Under the pieces are notes generated by a model, which did not search any database, was not told the origin of the DNA, and saw only the letters and a program-made list of their open reading frames with translations. Below, one piece after another: positions 1 through 8,255 of a DNA stretch of 54,990 nt. Made by a program: the position numbers and the translations under genes. The stretch is from a virus (lineage: Duplodnaviria; Caudoviricetes), in IMG/VR virus record IMGVR_UViG_3300049098_000031, positions 1-54,990 of that record, one strand, 5' to 3'. Position 1 is the first letter of the stretch, and every line of letters begins with the position of its first letter.

Positions 1-1
1 G

Positions 2-1168
2 ATCAACACCATGCTCGGCTCTGCTGGCATGGATGACATCGACACCATCGTCAGGAATCGCGAAAAGACAGAGGCTGCACTCGCCAACCTGACCAACGAG
101 TTCTCGGAGATGAAGCGCAAGATGGCGACCATGCACGTCTCCAAGGGTGGAAGCGTTGCCAAAGTCTCTGCAAGCGGAGAGCTTCCGAGCGGTGGTGCAA
201 CGTGGCGCAATGCCAACGAGGTACTGAAAGAGAAGGGCATCCGTGTGCCTGATTCTCGCAAGCACATGTTCCAGTTCGAGGTTCCGTTCTTCGAGTGGGA
301 TAGCGAGCACCGTGACGTACCGCAGCAGGATGAAGCGTACCGCTGGCGCTGGGACGTACTCGCCAAGCTGATGTGGGGTCTTGCCTTCGACAAAAAGCCG
401 TGGGTCTGGGGTCACACTGGCACTGGCAAGACCACCCTCGTTGAGCAGGTGTGCTCCATCCTGAACTGGCCGTTCGTACGGGTGAACTTCGACTCGGAGA
501 TCACGCGTATGGACTTGATCGGCAAGGACGGGCTGACCACGGATGAGCATGGCAACACGATCTCGTACTTCAAGGACGGCATCCTGCCGCAAGCGATGAG
601 CCAGCCGACGGTCATCTGCAACGACGAGCTGGACTTTGTCCGGCCTGACATTGCATACGTATACCAGCGTGCCTTGGAGGGCAATGGCCTGCTGCTCACA
701 GAGGATGCTGGTCGCCTGATCCGTCCGCATGAATACAACCGCATGGTAGCCACGGCCAACACGCAGGGTCAGGGCGATGAGTTCGGTCTGTATCAGGGCG
801 CAAGGGTGCAATCGCAAGCGTTCCTTGATCGCTTCCAGTGCTGGGTTGAGGTCGGATACCTGAACGCAACGGACGAGAAGAAACTGGTGCAAGCACGTGT
901 GCCTTCGCTGGCCGAGGACATGGTTGATCGGCTGATCAAGTATGTACGTGAGCATCGTGAAGCGTTCAAGCAGGCTGCGATTCTCAAGCCGCTGTCGCCA
1001 CGTGGTGTTATCTCGACTGCCGAGGCGATTGCGTTCTTTACTTCGCTGCATCCCAAGGCCAAGGAAGGTGAGGCCGTACGCATGGCCATCGAGGCCACTG
1101 TGCTTGGCTCGGTGACGCATGCTGATGCTGCCAAGATCAACGAGTTAGTCGATAGAACTTTTAACTAA
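2..1168 (+). CDS. cobS: CobS-like MoxR-family AAA+ ATPase (frame open at window edge, probably 5'-truncated)
   Basis: Walker A GHTGTGKT, Walker B ICNDELD, RVNFDSEITRMDLIG, ATANT, AFLDRF, LSPRG; paired with a VWA gene downstream. Confidence 0.9.
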   Translation: MNTMLGSAGMDDIDTIVRNREKTEAALANLTNEFSEMKRKMATMHVSKGGSVAKVSASGELPSGGATWRNANEVLKEKGIRVPDSRKHMFQFEVPFFEWDSEHRDVPQQDEAYRWRWDVLAKLMWGLAFDKKPWVWGHTGTGKTTLVEQVCSILNWPFVRVNFDSEITRMDLIGKDGLTTDEHGNTISYFKDGILPQAMSQPTVICNDELDFVRPDIAYVYQRALEGNGLLLTEDAGRLIRPHEYNRMVATANTQGQGDEFGLYQGARVQSQAFLDRFQCWVEVGYLNATDEKKLVQARVPSLAEDMVDRLIKYVREHREAFKQAAILKPLSPRGVISTAEAIAFFTSLHPKAKEGEAVRMAIEATVLGSVTHADAAKINELVDRTFN

Positions 1169-1175
1169 CTCGTTG
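1138..1175. repeat. 12-bp perfect inverted repeat spanning the CobS-like stop codon
   Basis: CAACGAGTTAGT (1138-1149) / ACTAACTCGTTG (1164-1175), 14-nt spacer. Confidence 0.75.
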
Positions 1176-1202
1176 CATCCGACTTAAACTTCATGCTAGG
1201 GT
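1173..1202 (+). promoter_or_regulatory. putative sigma70-type promoter for the HNH gene
   Basis: TTGCAT-N18-TAGGGT with TG one base upstream of the -10; overlaps hairpin GGGTGTCT/AGACACCC (1199-1219). Confidence 0.35.
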
Positions 1203-1232
1203 GTCTGCACTAGACACCCGATGGAGATCACC

Positions 1233-1841
1233 ATGAACCCACTTGATCTGGCCGGAAAGACATTCGGTCGCTGGACTGTGCTTGGCTTCGCCGAGCGCAG
1301 GAATCGTGCAACCTACTGGCATTGCCGGTGTGAGTGCGGCAAGCGTCGCAAGGTAAAGGGCGTGACCCTGACAAACGGTACGTCAACAAGCTGCGGATGC
1401 AGCAGACGCAAGCCAATCTCGCACGGCATGTCGAAGACGCCAACTTGGTACTCGTGGCTGGCGATGCGACGCCGCTGTTACGAGCCTAGCCACTCCGGCT
1501 ACAGCCAGTACGGCGGACGTGGCATCAAGGTCTGCGACCGTTGGCGTGACTCGTTCGAGAACTTCCTTACCGACATGGGCTATCGCCCTGATGGCATGAC
1601 GCTGGATCGCATCGATAACGATGGCGATTACACACCAACGAACTGCCGATGGGCTGATGCCAACACGCAAGCGCGCAACAGGAAGTACGTCAAGACAGTC
1701 ACGTGCAACGGTGAGTCGTTGACCAAGGCCGAGTGGGCCAGACGAACCGGGGTCACACAGGCGCTGATCTCTATGCGCATCAACAAACTGGGGTGGGACG
1801 TGTGCAAGGCATGCACCACCCCTCGAAGGAGTAAGCGATGA
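1233..1841 (+). CDS. phage HNH homing-endonuclease-like protein
   Basis: GKTFGRWTV..WHCRCECG, TSCGC, HGMSKTPTWYSW..MRRRC, YGGRGIKVCDRW, TLDRIDNDGDYTPTNCRWA; GGAG at 1223 favours ATG 1233. Confidence 0.85.
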   Translation: MNPLDLAGKTFGRWTVLGFAERRNRATYWHCRCECGKRRKVKGVTLTNGTSTSCGCSRRKPISHGMSKTPTWYSWLAMRRRCYEPSHSGYSQYGGRGIKVCDRWRDSFENFLTDMGYRPDGMTLDRIDNDGDYTPTNCRWADANTQARNRKYVKTVTCNGESLTKAEWARRTGVTQALISMRINKLGWDVCKACTTPRRSKR

Positions 1842-2524
1842 ACATCACTGAAGCAATGAAGAAACAAGAAGACCTGAACGACGAGCTTGCTGATCACGTT
1901 GTGTACAGCGAAGAACTTGGTGCGCATGTACTGCATCACCCGTTCGTTGTGCAGGTTCCGTACACGCCACAGCTCAATGCGCTGTGTAACCAATGGTTTG
2001 CTGGCAAGACCGAAGCGACCGAACGTGCGTTGAGGGAGGGCAAGTTCCATCACTACGTGTTCCTGCACGAACGACCGTACCGACTGTCTGCGTTCATACG
2101 TGTGATCCACGATGACCGCATGGAAGACGACGACTACTGGTCGTTGTTGCGTGACGTCTGGCTCGACGCTGAGTTCCCGTCTCGTAACCGTTCCTCGTGG
2201 CGCACGCTGTTCATGTCCGAAAGGCATGGCATGCGTCAATCAATCATGGATGCCGGTGAGTACCACACATGGCACAACCTGCCTGACAGGATACGTGTCT
2301 ATCGTGGCTGCGACATCGAGAAGGAAACATCGCAGGGCATATCGTGGACGCTTGATCCGACGATAGCGTTGTGGTTTGCCAACCGATTCGGTCGTAGCGG
2401 GCAGGTCATCTCGGGCGAGGTCGGCAGGGAAGCGATCCGTGCGGTACTCAATGGACGTGGCGAGTCGGAAGCGATCATCGTCACGGACTTCGACTGGGAG
2501 GCTGCGGTAAACCATGACGAATGA
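1838..2524 (+). CDS. putative ADP-ribosyltransferase-fold protein (R-S-E type)
   Basis: C-terminal motifs in order: RVYRG, GISWT...A..FA, GESE; ATGA overlap with the HNH stop. Confidence 0.55.
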   Translation: MNITEAMKKQEDLNDELADHVVYSEELGAHVLHHPFVVQVPYTPQLNALCNQWFAGKTEATERALREGKFHHYVFLHERPYRLSAFIRVIHDDRMEDDDYWSLLRDVWLDAEFPSRNRSSWRTLFMSERHGMRQSIMDAGEYHTWHNLPDRIRVYRGCDIEKETSQGISWTLDPTIALWFANRFGRSGQVISGEVGREAIRAVLNGRGESEAIIVTDFDWEAAVNHDE

Positions 2525-2690
2525 AATGCTCATCAACACGGCGACCGTGAAGCGGTTGCGCAAAGCGTACGATAAGGCGTACGCACAAGGACTCGAACGC
2601 ATGACGTTCGACAAGGTTGAGCTGGACATGGAGTACGCCATGTACCTGCTCGATTGGGCTGAAGACTACATCAAACAACACAAGAGGTAA
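2514..2690 (+). CDS. small hypothetical protein (58 aa, not in the ORF track)
   Basis: MTNEMLINTATVKRLRKAY...YAMYLLDWAEDYIKQHKR; GGAGG upstream; fills the gap between two genes. Confidence 0.7.
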   Translation: MTNEMLINTATVKRLRKAYDKAYAQGLERMTFDKVELDMEYAMYLLDWAEDYIKQHKR

Positions 2691-2695
2691 TCAAC

Positions 2696-4720
2696 ATGAA
2701 CAAACGACGTAACATCATCAGCACCGTGCCTGAGCATGGCATGAAGACCGAAGAGTTTGCGATGGCGCAAACATCTGCAAGCCGGGTGTTCGGACGTGAT
2801 CGGGATGCCGCTGTCATCTTCGAGGGCAATCAGGCCATGGTTCGGACGGACGGCACCATCGTCTATCCTGCGCTGGCTGGCGGACACCAGATGTCCAAGG
2901 ACGAGATACTGGTAGCGCGTGGCTTTGCCGACCACGAAACTGGGCACAAGCGCTACACGGATACGGGCGTTATGGAAGAGTTCAACAAGGAGTGCGAGTC
3001 ATCTGACAATGCGTTGCTGCGACAGGTTGCGTTCGCAGTGGATGACATTCGCATCGAGAAACTTGCGATCCGTGACTACTCCGGTGCGCAGACCAACCTC
3101 GAAGCGACCAACGATGCGATGCTTGGTGAGTTCGTTGAGTTCGCCAAGGAACATCCCGAAGAGGCGCGTGATCTTGACGTTGTCATGCCTGTCATGATGA
3201 CAGTCGAGGGTCGTCGGCGTATGGGGTATCGCTCCGAGCATGCCGATGATGCGCTGGCCGTACTGACAGACGAGCAGCGTGAGAAGATCAATGCGTACGT
3301 CGACATTGCCATGGGCGTGACCAGCCCTGATCCAGTTGGCGGCACACGTGAAGTGATCGATGCTGCCAAGCTGATCATCGACGAGAAGGAGAAGCAGGAG
3401 GAGCAGGATGACCAGCCTGAAGATGGAGAGGGGCTTAACCCTGAAGGCGGCGACGAGGGCATCCCTGTTGAAGGCGGCGATGACGAAGGCGGAGGCGGCA
3501 GTGGAGACGACGAGGAACGTGAGCAGTCCGATTCCGAAGGCAAGACCACTGGCGAACACAAGGAGTTTACTGGTGAGCTTGCGTCGCAGGGCAAGCCGCT
3601 CGATGCGGATGACCTGATGAGCAAGGCGATCAACAGCTCGTTCGAGAAGTACATCCAGCCCAACAGCAAGCACTATCGTCCGTACTCCACGCAATACGAC
3701 AGCTACTCCCGTGCCGATGACCTGATGGTTGGGATGATGACGCCGTACATGAAGTCTCGTGTCGAGTCGGGATCGGTGAGGCGTTACGAGAGGATCGTGA
3801 AGGACATGCACGGCAAAATCTCCACCATGGCACGCAAGCTGGAGCGTGCGTTGATGGCCAAGCAGCGTCGTGACTGGCAGACCAACTTGGAGTTCGGCAA
3901 CCTTGATCCTAAGCGTCTGGTGCAAGCTGCGCTTGGCAAGGACAACGTCTTCCGTATGCGTGACGACCGCAAGGAACTTGACACTGCCGTGTCGATGGTG
4001 ATCGACCTGTCTGGAAGCATGCACGGTCGTGTGTTTCTGGCCGAGCAGGTTGCGATAGCGTTGTCGCAGGTACTGGAGAAGGTCGGTGTTGCGTTCGAGG
4101 TTGTTGGCTTCAACAACATCTTCATCGCCTCGTACTCAACGGCTGATAGCAAAGAGTACTGCACTCCCGGACGATACGCTGATGCGGTGTTGCCTATCTC
4201 GTGGATGAAAGACCTGAAGAAGGTCGCCGAAAACCCGAGAACTAGTGGCAAGTTCTCCCGCTTTGAGCCGTTCCAGATGTACGAGTTCAAGTCGTACGAC
4301 CGCAAGCTGATGCAGGAACGGCATGGCATGGGCATGATTGCCAAGTGCGTTGGCGGTCACAACTCTGACGTCGAGGCTGTACGCATGGCGGCGACGCACC
4401 TGCGTCACAGGCCGGAGTCACGCAAGATCATGTTTGTCCTGTCCGATGGACTCCCCGAGGTCACGTGTACGCTGGGCGGTTCTTCTCACCAGCTCCAGCA
4501 CTTGCGCAACGAGATCGAGCGAATGGGTATGCACGGCATCGAGTGCGTTGGTCTTGGCATCCAGTCCGATGCCGTGTCTCGCTTCTATCCACGCTACGTG
4601 ATCGTCAACGATATCAATGATCTGCCGAAGGCATCGTTCGATCAGATGGCCAAGATGCTGGTCAATGACAGGTACAAGGTCGACAACTCAGACCTGATGT
4701 CCTCGACTGGGGCAAGGTGA
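2696..4720 (+). CDS. cobT: CobT-like protein: N-terminal HExxH domain, acidic linker, C-terminal VWA domain
   Basis: DHETGH, DDIRIE, D/E/G-rich linker, GNLDPKRL, MIDAS DLSGSM, RKIMFVLSDGLP, GLGI. Confidence 0.85.
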   Translation: MNKRRNIISTVPEHGMKTEEFAMAQTSASRVFGRDRDAAVIFEGNQAMVRTDGTIVYPALAGGHQMSKDEILVARGFADHETGHKRYTDTGVMEEFNKECESSDNALLRQVAFAVDDIRIEKLAIRDYSGAQTNLEATNDAMLGEFVEFAKEHPEEARDLDVVMPVMMTVEGRRRMGYRSEHADDALAVLTDEQREKINAYVDIAMGVTSPDPVGGTREVIDAAKLIIDEKEKQEEQDDQPEDGEGLNPEGGDEGIPVEGGDDEGGGGSGDDEEREQSDSEGKTTGEHKEFTGELASQGKPLDADDLMSKAINSSFEKYIQPNSKHYRPYSTQYDSYSRADDLMVGMMTPYMKSRVESGSVRRYERIVKDMHGKISTMARKLERALMAKQRRDWQTNLEFGNLDPKRLVQAALGKDNVFRMRDDRKELDTAVSMVIDLSGSMHGRVFLAEQVAIALSQVLEKVGVAFEVVGFNNIFIASYSTADSKEYCTPGRYADAVLPISWMKDLKKVAENPRTSGKFSRFEPFQMYEFKSYDRKLMQERHGMGMIAKCVGGHNSDVEAVRMAATHLRHRPESRKIMFVLSDGLPEVTCTLGGSSHQLQHLRNEIERMGMHGIECVGLGIQSDAVSRFYPRYVIVNDINDLPKASFDQMAKMLVNDRYKVDNSDLMSSTGAR

Positions 4721-4938
4721 TTGTCATGGCCAAGCGTAGACAACTGGTAACTGGGAGAATCGACCATGCTTGGCTTGGTTGGTTCCCGCAAGCTGGCTGG
4801 AACATGGAGTTCTGGCTGTCCGTAGCTAACGCCGTACGTAAACGCGGCATACGCAGAGGTGATCGCAATGGAGTTGTGCGCATCTGTAGAGAAATCTGGA
4901 ACATCCAACACGCAAACGAGGTAAGCAATCATGAGTGA
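4717..4938 (+). CDS. hypothetical protein (start may be 4726)
   Basis: Overlaps both neighbours in operon fashion; no motif. Confidence 0.5.
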   Translation: MIVMAKRRQLVTGRIDHAWLGWFPQAGWNMEFWLSVANAVRKRGIRRGDRNGVVRICREIWNIQHANEVSNHE

Positions 4939-5410
4939 CATGAAAAAGAAAATCGGCAAGCAGGGGCTTGATGGTCTGTTGAATCGCAAGGAACCTGAGC
5001 GTCCGCAGATCGGCAGCGGCCATCGCAGCAAGTTCAAGGACAACCCTAACTACGATCCGTACACAAATAGCTGGCGTGGTACTGACTCGTATCGCTCTGC
5101 GTACGACGGGCCACGTGGTATATCGAAGCGCTCCGGTGGCAACGTGTCCCCGGGCCGGGTGGCTGCGTACGGTGGCAACGTGAAGTTCTTCGAGGAGGAT
5201 GGGCTGGCCGTCATCCACGAGAGCGAGATACGCAGGCTCAGGCTTGAGCTGGGCGACCTGCTCATTAACGCACTGCGTACTCGTAACATCGGCCTTGGCA
5301 TCGGCGCTGAATCCGAAGTGCATGCCATGATCTCCACGCTGATCGAGACGGACGGACGTGTTGCCCACAAGGGCAAACTGCTCAAGGTCTGCATCGAGGA
5401 GGACGAGTGA
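4931..5410 (+). CDS. hypothetical protein
   Basis: GAGG upstream, operon-coupled. Confidence 0.7.
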   Translation: MSDMKKKIGKQGLDGLLNRKEPERPQIGSGHRSKFKDNPNYDPYTNSWRGTDSYRSAYDGPRGISKRSGGNVSPGRVAAYGGNVKFFEEDGLAVIHESEIRRLRLELGDLLINALRTRNIGLGIGAESEVHAMISTLIETDGRVAHKGKLLKVCIEEDE

Positions 5411-5790
5411 TGAACAAGGTGATATGCCCACTATGCGGTCACTATATTGAGCCAGCAAAAGAAGCACATGTTCACAGAAAGGTTGGTGGACATCGCTGGG
5501 CAGTACACTCTGATTGCTGGCAGGAGTCAGGTGGTTTTGAAGAACTGAAAACAGCGGTTGCAGATGCCGCATTGCAGGAGAGTGTGGTGATGGAAGAGAA
5601 GAAATTTTGCCCGTTCACAATGACACGGCCAGACGAACCTTGGCCTTGTTGCGAAAATATGTGCATGGCATGGGAGCCAGAAGAGACTTTGATCCGAAAG
5701 GAGTACGACCCGCAGTTGACACAGACTGTTGACCAAACGCTCCATTATGACGGCTACTGCAAGCTGATCGAAAAGCGGGAGGTTGAGTGA
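5407..5790 (+). CDS. Cys/His-rich hypothetical protein, probably Zn-binding
   Basis: CPLCGH..H..C and FCPF..CCENMCMAW..GYC. Confidence 0.7.
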   Translation: MMNKVICPLCGHYIEPAKEAHVHRKVGGHRWAVHSDCWQESGGFEELKTAVADAALQESVVMEEKKFCPFTMTRPDEPWPCCENMCMAWEPEETLIRKEYDPQLTQTVDQTLHYDGYCKLIEKREVE

Positions 5791-6653
5791 TGGACAGGAG
5801 TACGCAACTCAAACTGCTTGGCTCGGTGGAGCGGGTCAAGCATCCTGATTCGCCAACGCTATGCGATGTTTGCACACGGTACATCATTGACCGTGGTGAG
5901 CTTGGCGATACGGATGCGCTGTACATCGAGCGGCTGGAAAACGAGATCGGTGAATGGCCGATTGCATCGCTCGACAGGAAGACGGTCGACGTGTTGATTA
6001 CGCGTCATCGTCTGGACGTACGTGGCAACTCGAAGGCTGCGGTGAGGCGTGAGCTGACCACGTTACAGGCGGTGTTGAACTTCGCCTACGACGTGGGCAT
6101 TGCGGAGCATCCGACCAAGTTGCGCAAGCCGAACAGTGACAAGCCACGTGATGTGTGGCTCGATTCGGATGGCGTCGAGGAGTTCCTGCGCATGTGTGAT
6201 CAGGAGTTCAGGCCGTTTGCGACGGTGTTGTTCTTCACCGGCATGCGCCTGAGCGAAGCGATCAATGCGCGCTGGGATCATGTGCGTGGCAACGTCCTCA
6301 CGGTCGAGTCGAGGAAGGGTGGCGTCCACAAGACGCGCTCGATCCCGTTGGTGCAGCGTGTGCTTGACCTGATCGGCACACAGGGTACGGGTTGGTTGCT
6401 CAAGCGTAGCTGCGGATCGCAGTGGACGAAGCGCATGGTGTACCAGCACTGGAATCCCGTGCGTGACAGGATGGGCATGCCAGCGTTGACGCCGCACTGT
6501 GCACGTCACTCGTTCGCCAGTAACCTGATCATCCGTGGGGCTGACAGTCGCACGGTAGCGGAGTTGCTGGGGCACTCGTCCATGGACATGATGAAGCGGT
6601 ACACGCATCTGAACACCACGCACCTGACGGAGGCAGTGTCCAAGCTGGTGTAG
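5787..6653 (+). CDS. int: tyrosine recombinase / phage integrase
   Basis: TGMRLSE (R), HCARH (HxxR), LLGH, RYTH (catalytic Y). Confidence 0.93.
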   Translation: MMDRSTQLKLLGSVERVKHPDSPTLCDVCTRYIIDRGELGDTDALYIERLENEIGEWPIASLDRKTVDVLITRHRLDVRGNSKAAVRRELTTLQAVLNFAYDVGIAEHPTKLRKPNSDKPRDVWLDSDGVEEFLRMCDQEFRPFATVLFFTGMRLSEAINARWDHVRGNVLTVESRKGGVHKTRSIPLVQRVLDLIGTQGTGWLLKRSCGSQWTKRMVYQHWNPVRDRMGMPALTPHCARHSFASNLIIRGADSRTVAELLGHSSMDMMKRYTHLNTTHLTEAVSKLV

Positions 6654-6679
6654 CAAAGTTCAGACAGATGCGATATGAT
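6651..6679 (+). promoter_or_regulatory. putative sigma70-type promoter
   Basis: TAGCAA-N17-TATGAT starting at the integrase stop codon. Confidence 0.5.
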
Positions 6680-6684
6680 GCACC

Positions 6685-6758
6685 CACATGCTGATGTTGC
6701 GTTGTTCATGGCATGTGTGTGTTGGAAGGGCTGGCTCGAAAGGGTCGGCCCTTTTTTT
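6685..6758 (+). ncRNA. candidate ~73-nt small RNA
   Basis: Own promoter, 5' hairpin CACATGC(6685-6691)/GCATGTG(6711-6717) with a U/G-rich loop, then an intrinsic terminator; no plausible ORF. Confidence 0.45.
6726..6758 (+). terminator. Rho-independent terminator
   Basis: AAGGGCTGGCTC-GAAA-GGGTCGGCCCTT then T-run; G-U pairs fix it to the + strand. Confidence 0.9.
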
Positions 6759-6760
6759 GC

Positions 6761-6949
6761 CTAGCGTTTGCGCTGTTCCTTTTGGGGGCGTGTGTGAATT
6801 GCTTCCAACCTGCGCTTGCTGTTCTGGCGAGCGAACCTGTAGGCGTAGTCGAACGCCTCGTCCTTTTCCATTCCTTCCTTGATCAATCTCTTTACGTTCT
6901 TGCGTATGACTGTGGGCGACATGCCCGGGTCTAGTGTTGACTTGATCAC
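6761..6949 (-). CDS. small basic hypothetical protein
   Basis: GTG start overlaps the resolvase stop (GTGA); SPTVIRKNVKRLIKEG. Confidence 0.6.
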   Translation of the reverse strand: MIKSTLDPGMSPTVIRKNVKRLIKEGMEKDEAFDYAYRFARQNSKRRLEAIHTRPQKEQRKR

Positions 6950-7323
6950 TTCAGGTATCCCTGCGCGTACGCCCACTCCCTGTACATCTCCACGAAATGA
7001 TTCAACTCGATGACGACCATCGTCTCTTCCACCTTCACACCACTGCGCTTGTTGACCACGATGGGCACTTCGTCTGCGCCTGCGTTGCGTTTGGCCTGAC
7101 GGTGGGCCTCGTGAAAGTTCAGGCGCTCGACGCACTTGGCCTCGACTGACAGGCGTGGCGTACCGATCAGGTCGGCGCTGCCTTTTCCCTTGCGTGTCAT
7201 GGGGTCGCCCGTGTAGAGGGATCGCATTACAGCGACACCAAGTTTCTCGGTGAGGAACTCGGCAAGCTGGCGCTCGAAGCGTGCGCCTTTCTCTTTCATG
7301 TAGCGTTTGGATTTTGCTGGCAT
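6946..7323 (-). CDS. Holliday junction resolvase-like PD-(D/E)xK nuclease
   Basis: KGARFERQLA, ADL, VEAK motifs. Confidence 0.8.
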   Translation of the reverse strand: MPAKSKRYMKEKGARFERQLAEFLTEKLGVAVMRSLYTGDPMTRKGKGSADLIGTPRLSVEAKCVERLNFHEAHRQAKRNAGADEVPIVVNKRSGVKVEETMVVIELNHFVEMYREWAYAQGYLK

Positions 7324-7622
7324 CAGTCGTCTTCCTGCCAGTCCATCTCTTCCTTACACGGTGAGCAGATATACTTCCACTTCGGACGTGTACGTGTGCA
7401 GCCGCAGTTCATACACGGACGATTCCATGTCTTGACTGTGGAGCGTTGGGACTGGGCGTATTTGGCGGATTCAAAGTGGGCGATGTTGTGGCGTACGAGG
7501 ATGCGCTTGAGGGTGTCTACGCAGACGCCGAGTTCTTCAGCCATCTTGGTATACGACATCCTGTTCAGGTTCGCGCGTAACCAAGCGAGCTGTTGCTTTG
7601 TCGGCGTCGTGTAACGTGGCAT
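7323..7622 (-). CDS. HTH plus C4 zinc-finger protein, putative transcription regulator
   Basis: SYTKMAEELGVCVDTLKR HTH; CMNC...CSPC. Confidence 0.7.
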   Translation of the reverse strand: MPRYTTPTKQQLAWLRANLNRMSYTKMAEELGVCVDTLKRILVRHNIAHFESAKYAQSQRSTVKTWNRPCMNCGCTRTRPKWKYICSPCKEEMDWQEDD

Positions 7623-7646
7623 AAGCGCTAACACGTACGCTGGTGC

Positions 7647-7829
7647 CTATGCGGCAGGGTCTTCTTGCTTTACGTGGTCAGCCTGTACGGATTCAGCTTC
7701 GGCATTTTGCCTTGCGACCTGCATGTGTATCTTGTTGACGACAGGTGCCACTTGACCGTAAGGCCCTTGGTTGAGCATGCCGATAACGACTTGAAGTTCT
7801 TCTGCTGATAACGCGATGTTGTATTCCAT
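7647..7829 (-). CDS. small hypothetical protein
   Basis: 60 aa, operon position. Confidence 0.7.
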   Translation of the reverse strand: MEYNIALSAEELQVVIGMLNQGPYGQVAPVVNKIHMQVARQNAEAESVQADHVKQEDPAA

Positions 7830-7836
7830 GTTTCAT

Positions 7837-7858
7837 TCCGGTGAGTTGCCTCACCGGA
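7837..7858 (-). promoter_or_regulatory. 9-bp hairpin with GCAA tetraloop just upstream of a start codon
   Basis: minus strand TCCGGTGAG-GCAA-CTCACCGGA, 7 nt before ATG 7829, no U-tail. Confidence 0.55.
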
Positions 7859-7871
7859 TGATACCCAACAA

Positions 7872-8093
7872 TCAATCGCTTGTAAGCCTCGCTTGACGTT
7901 TTTTGTACGCCTCCGTGATTTCCTCAATCGCCTCGGCTTCGGGTGAGCCTTGCGCCACCTTGAATCCGACCAGCTTTGCATCCATCAAATCCTTCGCTGC
8001 GTCCAGTAGTGCGACGAACTCAGGCGGGAGTACCTTCCTGTTCACGTCGGGGTTGTCGGTCAGTCTCACGCCGACCATCTTGCGCTCTGTCAT
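7872..8093 (-). CDS. hypothetical protein (73 aa)
   Basis: AGGAG 6 nt before MTERKMVGV start. Confidence 0.7.
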   Translation of the reverse strand: MTERKMVGVRLTDNPDVNRKVLPPEFVALLDAAKDLMDAKLVGFKVAQGSPEAEAIEEITEAYKKRQARLTSD

Positions 8094-8196
8094 TGTCGTC
8101 TCCTGTGAGTGCCCAACGGCTCCTACCGCAGCAAGCAGACAACCGACGCCGCGCCTCCAAGAGCGGCTCGGTTTCTGCTGCAAGGGGCCGTCAGGC

Positions 8197-8248
8197 AAAA
8201 TTCCAAAGGAATCTATATACATATAGGGGGGAAAAACGCTGGAATTTT
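8197..8248. other. candidate replication origin / protein-binding element
   Basis: AAAATTCCA/TGGAATTTT inverted repeat around AT-rich CTATAT-AC-ATATAG, right after the primase-helicase stop. Confidence 0.35.
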
Positions 8249-8255
8249 CCGTTCC

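Noticed and set aside
2-4720. Cobalamin-synthesis auxiliary metabolic genes (cobaltochelatase)
   Set aside because: No CobN or other cob genes in the window; a general MoxR/VWA chaperone pair explains the motifs
6654-6760. tRNA fragment or attP core next to the integrase; also the 64-aa ORF 6688-6882
   Set aside because: No T-arm (GTTCRA) or cloverleaf; the ORF has no RBS and runs through a terminator
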